DNA of 63,646 bases, filler included, from Globobulimina sp. (taxonomy: Eukaryota), in assembly GCA_003354225.1 (NCBI GenBank). It is 37 parts of 37 records of this genome, joined end to end, with 100 filler letters (N's around TTAATTAATTAA, not from the genome) between each part and the next. Parts side by side here need not be neighbours in the genome. Positions count along the whole stretch, not along the records: positions 48,254 to 49,875 come from PIVH01013993.1; positions 49,976 to 51,597 come from PIVH01013994.1; positions 51,698 to 53,319 come from PIVH01013995.1; positions 53,420 to 55,041 come from PIVH01013996.1; positions 55,142 to 56,762 come from PIVH01013997.1; positions 56,863 to 58,483 come from PIVH01013998.1; positions 58,584 to 60,204 come from PIVH01013999.1; positions 60,305 to 61,925 come from PIVH01014000.1; 29 more parts are not named here. The stretch is one strand, 5' to 3'. Below are positions 49,228 to 62,652 of the stretch, piece after piece. A program made the position numbers and the translations under genes. The notes below the pieces were generated by a model. It did not search any database and was not told the DNA's origin. It worked only from the letters and a program-made list of their open reading frames with translations. Every line of letters starts with the position of its first letter. Within the stretch, counting starts at the first letter, position 1.

Positions 49228-49875
49228 CTAAGAATAAGTAATCACAACTTCTTCTTTTTGCCTTTTATCATCAATTTTTTTATAACCTTTTAACTCAACA
49301 ATGACATCTTTTGTTGATATTTGTTTAATTCGAACTGCTTCGATGGCTCCTTCATTTTCTTCATTTGTTGGTATTTCTTCGGTTCTGACTGATTTATATT
49401 GTTTGAGTTTGCGTCTTAATCTTACATTACTATCACTAATATTATAATACCACATATTATTATTACCAATGCGGTGTCCGATACAATAATTCGTGATGGA
49501 CAGGGCTTTGGAGGCAACATCACTGATGGACATGATGTCTCAGCACATTGTTGTCCAGAATCAAATGTTGCGGGAAAGTTACAACTGACAGACATGGAAT
49601 ATGCACCATAAAAATATGCACCTCTATAAGTGCCATTTTTATGAGAGCCACCTTCCTCCCACCAATCATCATAATAATAATCTCCAATTCCTAATACATA
49701 ATCACCACAACACACAGGAGACATTGATAATTGGGCTCTTCTTCCACAATCTCCACAATCATCGCATGTATAAATTCCGGTTCCATCCGCTTCATAAAAA
49801 TAAAGAACTGTATCAATTGCAGACCCACATGAATCAAATAACACAGTATATGGTGTTGTAAATGTGTAATAATGA
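49228..49875 (-). CDS. Cell-surface protein C-terminal part (PPC-like domain + TM), with a stop or frame disruption near 49422
   Basis: FDSCGSAIDTVLYFY..CDDCGDCG..YVLGIG, then TM ALVIIICGIIILVIVM. Cytoplasmic tail is in another frame. Confidence 0.5.
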
Positions 49876-49975
49876 NNNNNNNNNNNNNNNNNNNNNNNNN
49901 NNNNNNNNNNNNNNNNNNNTTAATTAATTAANNNNNNNNNNNNNNNNNNNNNNNNNNNNNNNNNNNNNNNNNNNN

Positions 49976-51597
49976 ATCCATGCGGACAATCGTGTTTTAT
50001 TATTGCCGCCGCGAGGAATGGCAGTCATCGCAATATGTGTTCCAGTCTGCATTGCTAAACTTGTCGTCCTTGTTTTAATTCCTTTAACTTTCTTTCTCAA
50101 TTTCCAATACACCAAAAACGCGATTAATAAAATAAAACCTATGCTAAATATAATTATCAGCATTGTGACCACTCCGCTTTTATTAGCATTGCCATCATCT
50201 CCCTCTACCTCCTCATATTCGATTGGATCATCGATGGTGACGGCTGCATTCGATGTATCAACTGTGCATTCTACAGAATCCACCAAACCTTCATCGACAA
50301 CTAATGCACATAACTTTTGTTTAAAATGCACCGCAAATTCATGTTTATCCAATCCATCAAACACCGCATCTTGCAAATTGTCGTTATATTGGAATGTCGC
50401 AGCAACTTCATACTGCTCACTATTCTGTAATAACCGTCTTCTCCTTCCATTTTTCGCAGTAATTGATAGTCCATCATCCAATAAATCAAAGCAAAACGTA
50501 TCAGTCCAACTAACTTTTCCTACGGCGAACTTGAACGCAGTTTTACAATTTGTTTTAATTTTACTTTTTCTCTCCACTGTGTTTGGGTCATCTTTAAATC
50601 TCAAACGAAATTTTATTTTTATCCTCCAACGGTTATCACCGTCACATGGACCATTATCACCATCGTCGGTGCTGAATATAGCAGGATTTGGAGTGGGTGG
50701 AGGTGATGGATTATCTGTTGGCGATGTGGTCGGCTCAGTTGTTTCTTTGTTTATTTTCTTTTGTAATGTGAAAAATTAAAATATAAATCTGTACCTTTAG
50801 AGGTGGGATTATCTGTGGGTGCTGGCGTTGGATTATTTGTAGGAGAAGAGGTAGGAGCATGTATAGGATTGTTTGTGGGTGATTTTGTAGGTTTATTTGT
50901 ACCATCTGTAGGCGCTTCAGTAGGCGAACCAGGAATAATTGGAGTATCTGTTGGGCGCTGTGTTGGATTATCAGTTGGAGAAAGAGTTGGATTGTCCGTC
51001 GGAGAAAGGGTGGGATTAATTGTTGGGCGCTGTGTTGGATTATCCGTCGGAGAAACAGTTGGATTAATTGTTGGAGATGGTGTTGGATAGCTGCTTGGTA
51101 CTACGTATTATGGTGATGTATACGTATTATATTTGAATAATTACAACAAGATTATAATAAATATACCATGTGTTGGTTGATGAGTAGGTGTCGGTGTTGG
51201 ATTATTGCTTGGATACGGTGTAGGATAATTTGTTGGTGGTGGTGTTGGTGATTGTGATGGATTGGTGGTTGGATTTGGCGTAGGATCGGTGGGTGCTTTA
51301 GTTGGTGAGCCAGGTGTAATTGGTGCAGCGGTTGGACGTGGCGTAGGATTGTCTGTGGGTGTTTGGGTTGGATTGATGGTTGGAGCCGCTGTTGGAATAT
51401 TCGTCGGTGTTACAGTAGGCTGATTAGAGGGTGTTAGTGTCGGATTACTTGTTGGTGCTATATCAAAAAGTGAAAACGTTTTTGTTTATATGAATTTGCC
51501 AGAAAATTCGTGTAATGTATACATAATTTATACCTGGCGTAGGTTGGCGTGTTGGTGGTTGTGTAGGATCATGCGTTGGTGCTATATATTATTTGTA
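49976..51597 (-). CDS. Multi-exon PT-repeat mucin-like type I membrane protein, fragment
   Basis: Long (PTxx)n exons separated by short AT-rich introns, an RRRLL motif and TM VVTMLIIIFSIGFILLIAFLVYW. Exon limits not all resolved. Confidence 0.7.
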
Positions 51598-51697
51598 NNN
51601 NNNNNNNNNNNNNNNNNNNNNNNNNNNNNNNNNNNNNNNNNTTAATTAATTAANNNNNNNNNNNNNNNNNNNNNNNNNNNNNNNNNNNNNNNNNNNN

Positions 51698-51815
51698 GAA
51701 ATTATTTATACTATCATGTGCTGTATTGATTCCATCTTCATGTTTCCAACCACCGTGTACAAAGGCACGATTATTATCATCAATATAATAAGGAGCTAAT
51801 TTATCATAAAACTTA
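51698..51815 (-). other. Bacterial/phage metallophosphoesterase fragment (chimeric)
   Basis: FYDKLAPYYIDDNNRAFVHGGW resembles the PPP/ApaH-like FVHGG motif. Confidence 0.5.
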
Positions 51816-51865
51816 ATAGTGTTAAAAATAGCATTAAACAGGAAGGCGAATATAAAAATGGTGAG

Positions 51866-53319
51866 ATGATTGCAATATTTGTAAACCTGATAAACAATAT
51901 TACTGATATTGAAATACTCAGTCAATCGATAATTATCTTAGGCCGAATCTTATCCCATTGTGAAAATGCAATATTTTCAGCCATGTTCATCACCAACAAT
52001 GGCATCCAATGCCTGTACAACAAAGTATTATCACGCAAATACAACAACAAACAGCGCATTTTATATTCCTTGGTCGATTTCTTATTCTCAATCAACCAAA
52101 ATACCGAAATCGGCCAGAAACAAATCGTATTAAACAACACCGAGTTTCAGTTTATATTTCAAATAGCATCCATATTAAAAAAAAATATAAAGTTTGACAA
52201 AGTCATCAACAAATTCTCTCAGCTACTTTGCAAATTATATCACCAACATAACCATCAACATAACGACAGCGAAGACGAACAATCCGATATCGACGACGAT
52301 GACGATGACGATGACGACGAAGAGGATGAAAATAATATAAAATCCATCATCAACACCTTAATATTCACTGGTTTCATAAACACAATCTCCAAACGTACAA
52401 AAATGATAAAAACAGGTGTAAACTTATAAAATGTATACATTTATACAAAAACAAACCATACATATTACAATTATAATATAAAACAGATTCGCCCAATGAC
52501 ATCATGGCAATGATGGACATGATAATGGTATTAATGGACTGTAACAGCAAGAAAACCTGCAACAAATTGCTCAACGCGTCCATCATCAAACGCATGTTGC
52601 AATTCCTAAACCAAAACAAATCCAAAAAGCAAGTTCTATCCAAAACCTTCGACTGTTTAACTAAATTCTATACGCATTCCAATCAAAGCACGTTACGTGC
52701 CTTGGAAGACAACAATTATATGTATATCATAGGCAGCATATCCAAGCACATCAAATCCAAAGAAATATTCCTGTCACACATCAACCCCTCCTCATTTATC
52801 AGCGTCTCGCCGTCCGATACCTCCCTCAATGGCACTGTCAGCATCAACGAAGAACAGACCTTGCAACAGTTAGAAGAGGAAGATGAAGAAAAGGAGGCGG
52901 CGACTATGAGCGTCGATATATCGGAACAGGAAGATATGTCCACTGTCATTGAGGAGATAGAATCAGATTACGTATCACCAAACATATCCCAACCACAGCC
53001 ACAGCCACAGCCGCAGCCACAGTCACAAGCACAGCCACCACCCGCTCAGACGCAAAATGACAGCATGGACAGTGCCAGCGAGGAGAGTATAAATCTGCCG
53101 CCTATCCCGGTGATATCGCCGCGTCGTAATGGCGCAGTGCATAAACAGAGTGGGAGCAGCAATGACAGTGCGATGGAGTTAGTATTAGACGCTATATCCG
53201 ATATACAGAGCACGATAACGAATCTACAACAAAATATAGACAAAACTCCACAGATAGGCATGGTAAAGAAATATGTGTCTGAACACCACGCGCCTCGCTA
53301 TTCTGGCATCGAGCAGCAG
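51866..53319 (+). CDS. ARM/HEAT-like helical protein with acidic and PQ tracts, intron 52416..52486, partial
   Basis: The intron joins ORFs 51866 and 52504 in frame; helical repeat character. Confidence 0.6.
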
Positions 53320-53846
53320 NNNNNNNNNNNNNNNNNNNNNNNNNNNNNNNNNNNNNNNNNNNNTTAATTAATTAANNNNNNNNNNNNNNNNNNNNNNNNN
53401 NNNNNNNNNNNNNNNNNNNATAAACAACATGAAATATATGATATATTTATAATCGGCTTACGACTCTTAAAGAAATCATGCGTGAATAACTCTGATCGAG
53501 AGAAGTTTATCACTTCTATGATAATTAATGGTAATGAGCAATATATCAATCCAATGAATACAATGGCTGAGCAGTACAAACTGAAGGACATTATTGTGCA
53601 AGTTTTGTAGCAAAACAGATATCAAGTCATATCAAAAAAACAATCTAGAAAATAAATGTCAACGGTGAGCGATATTAAACATTCTCTTTATACAAATCAC
53701 ACAATAAAATCAACAAAAAAACACAAGAAAAAAAGTAAAACTAAATATCAAAAAAAATATACAAAAATGTCAGACAGAAATGAAAAAATACTTATCCCAT
53801 TCACATTATATAAAACAGCAAAAACAACAAAACAATATTGATACAT

Positions 53847-55041
53847 TTATGTACGCATAGAATATAATTCATTCATAGCCGATTCCATATTCCCATTATG
53901 TTTAATCAACGCATTTTCACATTGTTTAGCATTATTAAACCCGATCATTTTTAAATGCTTTAATTCTTTTTCAAACACTGACGCTGAAGACCCTCGACTT
54001 TGACTTATCAACATATTCCAATCAATGTTATTATCATTGAATGCGGATTCCATTAAACTTTCAAACAAAATGCAGTCACTTTGCGTCAACACACCAAACA
54101 TAACACAAACAATCGAGTTTATCAATAACTTCTCCTCTTCTTTCTTTTGAACATTATCCTTTTTTTTATTATTATTTTTAATCGCATTGTTTAACGCGTC
54201 ATCATCCTCAAAATCATCAATCAATATCACCTCATCATTATCATCCAGCTTATTTTCGTCCTTATTGGCTTGTATATATTTAACCAAGTCCTCGCCAGCT
54301 TCGCTACATATTTGCATAATTAATTTGAACCCAAAATCGTACTGATTCACCACATACAAACTCACGCACAATTCCAGTAACATTGACATTTTCTTTGCTA
54401 AATATTCTGCGTTTTTGAAGCCATTCGTCGACAATAAAGTGAGTGTTATGGATATTTTGTTGCTGCGCGGCATGGCAAATGGCTGTACAATTTTGCTCAT
54501 AATGTCATTGCTGTCGTTATTGACATACTTTTTCTTGGTCACAATAAAAATGCGCGTATTGCCATGCAACGGGATGCGTTTTTCATTGATGATCATATGA
54601 TTTTTATTTTCATTCAAATGATAGTTTATCGATGTCGCGTAATATGAGATTTGACCACCAAATTGTTTGATGTCGGCTTCTTTTAAAATGCCAAAACCAC
54701 CGCAACTGCTGATGCCCGCAAACCAATTAAATAAACGATCGCTATCATTCATGCGCGATATGTCCGACAGGCAGCTCTGGTTTGCATTAAATATTTTGTA
54801 TGGACGACCCAACGAATATGCAAACACTTTCAAGCTCTCAATGCGGCCCATTCCAATGTTGCCGTACACATTGCTGATGTTATGGTTTTCGATGGTTGTC
54901 TGCAATAAGGAGGGGAACAACGTGTCGGTGTTCACCGTCCGAGTGTATATAAACGATTCTATATCACCATAAAACTCATAGCCATAATGATAGATTTTAC
55001 GGTTGCATTTTATGTACAGTTTTTTGAATATGTTGTATTGA
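53847..55041 (-). CDS. Degenerate dynein heavy chain AAA1-like domain fused to a C-terminal UBA domain, 5' partial
   Basis: YGYEFYG, GMGRIESLK..LGR, FAGISSCGGFG, NGFKNAEYLAKK, QYDFG. Ends FEKELKHLKMIGFNNAKQCENALIKHNGNMESAMNELY then a stop. Confidence 0.75.
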
Positions 55042-55141
55042 NNNNNNNNNNNNNNNNNNNNNNNNNNNNNNNNNNNNNNNNNNNNTTAATTAATTAANNN
55101 NNNNNNNNNNNNNNNNNNNNNNNNNNNNNNNNNNNNNNNNN

Positions 55142-55260
55142 ATAACATATCATCATACAGTTTCCAATCATAACTAATTGTATTCATCCAATGCAAATTA
55201 ACAATTAAATGATGAACATTTATAACAAAGTGATGAAATAATCTTAATATATACGTATCT
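55142..55260 (+). repeat. 119-nt terminal direct repeat identical to 56644..56762 (circular or tandem contig)
   Basis: The first and last 119 nt of the contig match exactly. Confidence 0.92.
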
Positions 55261-55458
55261 GTTTTAGCTTTCTTAGCCATTATATATTTATTTGATAATT
55301 CATCATTAATCATTTGACGCAAATATTTTAAATCCTTTTATTTGATTCTCTCATTCCTTGTATTGGATATCCGAGTATTATCGTTTGAAACATTGTAAGT
55401 GGTTGCACAAAATTTGCGAAATTCTTTCTCTGTGGAATCTGTCTAATTGTTAGAAAAA

Positions 55459-55905
55459 ATGGAAGGAAGGCATTATAATGGAAGGAAGGCATTTGATGAG
55501 GATTTCGACTCTGATGACGAAAATATGATGAATGAGAATGAAAATGACAAATTGCAACGGATAATTTATGAGCTAATGCAAAAAATGGATAATATGAATG
55601 ATGAGAAAAGTAACGGAGATATTAAAAATTATCACCATTTGACTCCGTTTCAATCGTTGCAGAAACAAAAAGAAAAGAATTTAAAAAATATTAGGTTCAA
55701 GAAAAAAAAAGAAAAAAAATTAAAAGATGAGGATGTCATCGGATTGATGATGGATACGACGGAGTTAAAAAAGTCAATACGAAGTGTGAAAAATGTATCT
55801 GAATTAGATTTTGATGATGCTAACATCGAAGAAGAAGAAGAAGATAAACTTAAAAAAGTTTCATTTCAAGATGATAATGAACGAAATGACGATGAACAAC
55901 CCTAA
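55459..55905 (+). CDS. Charged low-complexity hypothetical protein
   Basis: D/E/K/N-rich ORF. Confidence 0.4.
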   Translation: MEGRHYNGRKAFDEDFDSDDENMMNENENDKLQRIIYELMQKMDNMNDEKSNGDIKNYHHLTPFQSLQKQKEKNLKNIRFKKKKEKKLKDEDVIGLMMDTTELKKSIRSVKNVSELDFDDANIEEEEEDKLKKVSFQDDNERNDDEQP

Positions 55906-56245
55906 GTCCGTAACAACTGTTTTTATTGTTTTGTTTTTGTGTAATATATGTTGTAATTATGTTCTTAATCGTTTTCAGTTTCTGCAAATAATACAAATCT
56001 GCGTTTTTCCTTCAAATTAATTGCACAAAAACGGTCTAGTCACCCCTTCCAAAATAAAAACCACACCTTTTCGAAAATAGTAATTAATCTTCAAAATAGT
56101 AATTAATAATGTAATATTACGGTATCAAGCAAAAAAATACGAATAATTTATATGATTATATTTTACAAAAACTTAACATCAAAAATGGAAGAAAAAAAAA
56201 AGTACAATACAAAACAACACAGTCACACATGATTTTATTATATAT

Positions 56246-56762
56246 TTATAATTCTTTTTGAATACTTAATGTATCATTTACTGCTTTACCTGGTCTTTCC
56301 ATATTTTTATATGTAATTTGCTTTAATTGCCAACCAATTTGAATAAATAATTTATTATATTTTTCAATTACATTTTGAATGCAATCAGTATTTAATAATT
56401 GAGGCCGTACAATAATAAATTGTTTAAATCCTTTTCTTAATGATTTATGTGCATTTAATGTTTTTATTGTTTTTATGATGGAATATATCCATTCCTCAGT
56501 TAATAATATTGATGCTTGATATTGACCCAATTCCTGGCTAAATATTGTAAATGTTTCCGTTTTAATAAATAATGATAAAAAAAAATATATATTTAAGGTG
56601 TTATCATCCGATAAAAATAATGGTTTAAATGCAGTATATCCATATAACATATCATCATACAGTTTCCAATCATAACTAATTGTATTCATCCAATGCAAAT
56701 TAACAATTAAATGATGAACATTTATAACAAAGTGATGAAATAATCTTAATATATACGTATCT
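56246..56762 (-). CDS. Hypothetical protein; its upstream part lies at 55142..55340 through the terminal repeat
   Basis: HWMNTISYDWKLYDDML is shared by both track ORFs. Confidence 0.6.
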
Positions 56763-57496
56763 NNNNNNNNNNNNNNNNNNNNNNNNNNNNNNNNNNNNNN
56801 NNNNNNTTAATTAATTAANNNNNNNNNNNNNNNNNNNNNNNNNNNNNNNNNNNNNNNNNNNNTAATTCGCTGAGTGCCATGACGAAAGCAAAATGTTATG
56901 TTTCTAAATGACAAAAGTTTTTTTTTCTTCAATTATCAAAGCGTTCATTGAAGAAATGAACTAAAAGCAAAAACCCTATTAATACAAGAAACATGCAAAA
57001 AATGCAAAAAAATACCAAAGAATACCCTTACATCACTGCAGTCCAACTATTGACCTAATTTATTGTGGTGATCGAGTTACTCTAACAGTTAAAATCCGAC
57101 TGCAGTGGAGAGGTGAATAAATATATAGAATATTTCATTGAGCAACTTATTAATTTTTGTAGAAAGAACAATCATCATGAAAGCAAAATTATCCATTAAT
57201 TTCAATGGCATTGGGATTAACATTAAAACGGGATGTGAAATCCAAACCACAATAACATCAGCGTTGTACATCATGACACAGCATTTAGACAGATCATAAA
57301 TTACTGTTTGTGCTATCATGCAAAAATTGATGGGAGATTATTTATGTAATATTTAAATGATGAATTAAAACAACACGTTTCTGGTTCATTTATGTATTGG
57401 TTGTTTGGTTGTTTCTGAATGATTTTTTATTGATTGAACTAAAATATTTGAATAAAAGTTTTTAAACAATCTCTCGGTCTACCTTATAATACTAGC

Positions 57497-58483
57497 ATGA
57501 TGATGGCCTTTACAACGTTTCTATTCTTAGCATCGTGGATTACAATGTCATATAGCACGGTTAATGTGAGTGTGCCAACTTATGTGTTCAACACAAGTCT
57601 TCCAGCAAATGAATATTTATATAAATTTTGTGAAGAACAAAGAGAAAACGCATTACGTGCATTCCCCGTCATGCTCAATAAGCTACCAAAAGCACTGCAA
57701 CCCGCAGCAGAAAGGGTAGCAATGGAATATTGGAATTCAGGTGCAGTCATCGAACCGTATCATTCAGAGATTGAATATTTATCCAAATGTAGCGGATTGA
57801 CATTGGAACAGTTAATGACTGTAAACATTATCTATGATCTCACCGCATTTTGTACATCAATTGTTTGTGTAACAGCAAATGGCCAAATATTACATGCAAG
57901 AAATCAGGATTTCCCCACTGTTTTACGAAATGATACTGTTAATTTAATTTATGTTGATGCTGCCAATAATACCTTATATGAAGGCACTACATTTGCGGGT
58001 TATGTCGGCATCCCAACGGGTATTAAATTCAATGGATTTAGCATTACCATCGATGCTCGATATGATATCTATGGATTACAGAATTGGATTGATATTCTAT
58101 CAAATGATTATTTTCCAGCGGGATGGCTCGTTCGTGAGGCGTTAAGGAAAGATTCCACTTTCGAGCGAGCTGTAGAACGATTGTCAAATACAAAGATTCA
58201 AGCTCCGATTTATTATATTATTGCGGGGACAGACCATACGATGAATGGTGCAGTGATTACCAGAAACCAAACAGAGGTCAATGGTCCAGATAGAAGCCAT
58301 GATGTCTGGTATTTAAATAATTCAAATTATGGCTGGTATTTAGTTGAAACTAATTATGATCATTGGAGAGCTGCGCTTGATCCGCGAAGGGAACATGCTA
58401 TTAAGATGTTGGATGCTGTCGGCCAAGAAAATATTTCGTTGCAGCAATTATTTGAGATATTATCCACTCCGCCGGTGTTAGCA
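57497..58483 (+). CDS. Acid ceramidase/NAAA-family Ntn hydrolase, 3' partial
   Basis: Signal peptide, FCTSIV nucleophile, HARNQDF, TFAGYVG, GAVITR, LVETNYDHW. Confidence 0.92.
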
Positions 58484-58787
58484 NNNNNNNNNNNNNNNNN
58501 NNNNNNNNNNNNNNNNNNNNNNNNNNNTTAATTAATTAANNNNNNNNNNNNNNNNNNNNNNNNNNNNNNNNNNNNNNNNNNNNTATTCCTTTTTTTCTTT
58601 TTTCCAATTTTTTCATTTTTTTCTTTCAGTTCGTGGGGATGACCACCTTCTTTTTCTTCATTTTTTTTTTCAGATTTTGGGTTGTTTGTTGTTGTGGTGA
58701 TGATGGCGATGTATTATGCGCTCTACCAATTGACTGTGTTGTTTCCTTGGCGCTTTGGCATTCGATTTCAACTTAAGAACTTATATA

Positions 58788-60204
58788 ATGTCGTCGGAAC
58801 AGTTGGTGATTTATAATTGCTTATCAATCAACATAACAACAGCAACATTTGCGCAGCCTCGTTCATATTTTTTAACTGCACAATGCATTCACAAAGACAG
58901 TGATATTGACGATTCCGTCAATGAATCAAATCCAAAATATCAGACCGCTACATCCAAATCGACTAAAACACCACAATTTAATTCAAAGAAACCATTTTTA
59001 GTCAAACTACCAAATGACATTCAATTATCTCAAGCATTGGAAGAATATAAAATTGTATTTGAAGCATATATAATTGTATCGGTTAACGAAAATAAAGCAG
59101 CAAAATTAATGGGTGAAAGTATATTAGTTTTATCCGATAAAAAACCGCTACTTTTAAGCAAAGAAGCAATTGTTGACGTAATTACATTGGAGGGAAATAT
59201 GAAAATTGGAGAAACAAAAGAAAGAGTGCCCGTCGGTCAGGTTTCAGTTACTATGCAAATCCAACAAATCACTGAAAATACAGCTGCAGAAACCACAGAA
59301 AATAAAGAAAACTCAAAAACTACTGAAAATTTTGAAAGTATACAAAATACACCAAAACAACAAGAAAAAGGGTCAGAAGATGAGAATAAGAATACAGTCA
59401 AAACAGCAAATAATAATAATAATTCTGAACAAACAATAGCAATGTCACCAGATTCACGCATTAATATTGAATATGTTCCTAATGTAAAATGTAAACAGCT
59501 GATAAATGCGCAGTTATTTGAATCGATCCGATCTCAGCTCACTGATTTTGATACTTTTAATGATGAGATTAACAAACAACAATTATTTGAGGCGATAGAC
59601 AGAGAATTAACGCTGAAACAATCAAACATTGACAGTGTAAATTGTGAATTTAAAATTCTTGGAAATGAAATTGTTCGCTTACGACGAGAATCACTTAAAA
59701 TCAAACAATTAAATGAAAAGTTATCAAACCGGTTACAAGTAATTATCAAAAACGATTTGCGAAATTGTGAAAATATAAATAATTTATCAAATGAGAAATT
59801 AAAATCAATGTTAATAAAATATGTAAACGGACATAAAACAGAGAAAAATAAAAGGAAACATTTAGAAAAAACAGTATTAAAATTAATTGAAAAATTGAAA
59901 GCAGCAAAACGAAGCCATTATAAATCAGTTGAAGCTCAAGAACGAGCTGGAAATGATATGGATGGATATAAAGATACAATAATTTCACAGGAAAAAGTGA
60001 TTGGAAAATTAGAAGAAATGTTGAATTGGGCACATGAAACAATAAAAGCGTTGCAACAAAAAATGGATTGTGGACAAATTGGGTCCAATACAAATAGAGA
60101 AAATAGAGAATGTGAATTAGAAAATGAAATAATTTCATTGCAAAAAGAAAATGAAGAATTAAGAAAACAAATTGAAATTCAAAAATATGCAACAAATCCT
60201 CAAC
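58788..60204 (+). CDS. C2-like domain + long coiled-coil protein (CCDC33-like), 3' partial
   Basis: N-terminal beta-sandwich pattern (KYQTATSKSTKTPQFN), C-terminal heptads including YKDTIISQEKVIGKLE. Confidence 0.5.
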
Positions 60205-60489
60205 NNNNNNNNNNNNNNNNNNNNNNNNNNNNNNNNNNNNNNNNNNNNTTAATTAATTAANNNNNNNNNNNNNNNNNNNNNNNNNNNNNNNNNNNNNNNN
60301 NNNNGACATCATTAATTGTTCTGGTTCATTTTTCCGTCTTTCAGGAAATTTCGCACAACTACAGTTCTTGTTGTTCGAAATGGATAAAAATTTGAGAGAA
60401 CAAACTCTATATATGCTGTTATTTAGTCTGAAAATTTCATAAAGTTTCATGGTAAAATAGAAACTTAGGTGGGACACCCTGTACTTAGA

Positions 60490-60735
60490 ATTTCCCCGAT
60501 TTTACTCAGTTAATTCGAATAGCGCCGATTTTAATTTATTATACTTCGTATCACTCCGAATTTACTCGATTTACTTAGAATCGCTCCGATTTTAATCGAT
60601 TCACTACTAATCGCTCCGATTTTACTCGATTCACTACTAATCGCTCCGATTTTACTATGTGTATTTACTTCGAATCCCTCCGATTGTGCTACATATATTT
60701 ACCACGAATCGATGCAATTGTACTCGATTCACTGA
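60490..60735 (+). repeat. ~29-30 bp tandem repeat (TCGCTCCGATTTTACTCGATTCACTACTAA)
   Basis: Several near-identical and degenerate copies. Confidence 0.85.
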
Positions 60736-62652
60736 CGGAGCAACCAACTTGCACTGCACGAACTCAAACGTTTGCTATTATAAGCAGTCGGAACGATCAA
60801 CTTGCAGTGACTCAATAGTTTAGTTGCATTTGGAACAATCAATTGTAGTGACTTAAATTGTTTGCGTTTCTAAACAGTCGGAATCGGAATGATCAACATG
60901 CAGTGATTCAAATTTCAATTGTATGCGAGTCTAAGCAGTCGGATCAATCAACTCGGGAGTTAATTAGATTTCGATCGATAATCAGATTTCGATTTACAAT
61001 ATCGTATCAACGCCTATCATGAGATATCGAAAATTATCAATTATTAATCGAGTATATGCAATAATCGATCATCAATTTATTTAAAATTTTAATCGAGTTT
61101 AACTCAGGCAACAATTAGCTTTGGACAGTATGGAACAGTGCAGTATTGGATAAATAATACAATACAGCACATTTTATCTACATTTTCGCTTCCACTGAAT
61201 TTGTGCTATATTAATTTTTGTTTCATACAATTTATATGCGCATCTGAAACAAAAATTTACATAATGGGATACTATGCAAATTTTCACCAAAAATTCTCAT
61301 ATCACAGACTGGAAACGAAAATCATGGAAATGGATTGATATCGAGGTAGGTACTAAAAATTGTCCAAACATGGAGTTTGAATCGCTCATTACGTTTTTTT
61401 TGCTTGCATTAGCATGGTAGCCTAACATGTACATATTATTAGCTGTACTGTACTAAACTGTACCATGTAGCTATGTGATAACCAAATCTCAAAGGCTCTG
61501 TCTACTATCCTGACTATAGTTAATGTGATCTACATATTTGAAACCATTTCCAAAATCGCAAAAAATATGAATTCCTGCCTGGGCCCACCCCACGCCAAAT
61601 CCTATTTAAAACGTGCCACTCCTCCACTCATCCGTACATATGTGCACAGCTGCATCTTCTAAACGACTAAGCCGATTTGGCTGAAACTTGAAACAGTGAT
61701 AGTAGACCACCATTTATTTTTTTCATCGCTATCGGGTTACTGTATCCCGAGATATGGCGAATTGCCGGAAAACATGAAATTAACTATTAGTTCCGTTCCG
61801 AACGAGCGGTCTGATCGAGCTGAAATTTATGTGGGATATATGTTGCCTGTAGGGGAACGAAAAACTTGCGGTTTTTGCCGTCCGATGTTGGAATCGTGGA
61901 TTCGGCGAAATTATTCGGAATCGACNNNNNNNNNNNNNNNNNNNNNNNNNNNNNNNNNNNNNNNNNNNNTTAATTAATTAANNNNNNNNNNNNNNNNNNN
62001 NNNNNNNNNNNNNNNNNNNNNNNNNTGACCCTTGTCAATTCCAAAATAACACAATAAATGTTTTGGTAAATCCATCAATTGATGGTAAATCATATAACAA
62101 TAAAATATTTTGCGCCGGTTATAATAAATTAGGTAATAATGGCAGTGTTTGTGTGATGGGCATTCGTTCAACAACAGCATATGTAAAAGGACACAGGCAG
62201 TTTAATACTCATTTTTCTCTATATATTTATACTAGTTATTCATGACTGGTTGCCTTTGTTTCTTTTGTTGTGTATTTATAACAAACATTTGTTGTGTATT
62301 TATGTAATAAATTCAGATCGCCAGGAAATAATCATCTTATTGCCTGGACATTCGATGCAGAGAATGGACCAATTATTGAGACAAATATTAAACATTTTTA
62401 TCATTTGCTGGATGCATATAACGAAGATACTGATTTTAAAGTTAATTATAATGACGATCCGGTTCGAATACAATTATTGGTTGATTTAATAACAAATGAT
62501 ACACCGATAATGGTTGAATTTGCGAAAAAAGGTTTGTACTGATATGTTAACCTTACTTTAAACAAATGTTTTTACTTAATTAATATTTCAAACATGTCAA
62601 ACTTTGTGTGTTGTGCCTTTTTATTTTGTGTGCTGTTTGGTATTGTTACAGG

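Noticed and set aside
50003-51090. Plus-strand ORFs rich in VG/LS repeats
   Set aside because: Antisense shadows of the PT-repeat mucin-like gene on the minus strand.
60490-60735. ~30-bp repeats as a CRISPR array
   Set aside because: Repeats are head-to-tail without unique spacers and no cas genes are present.
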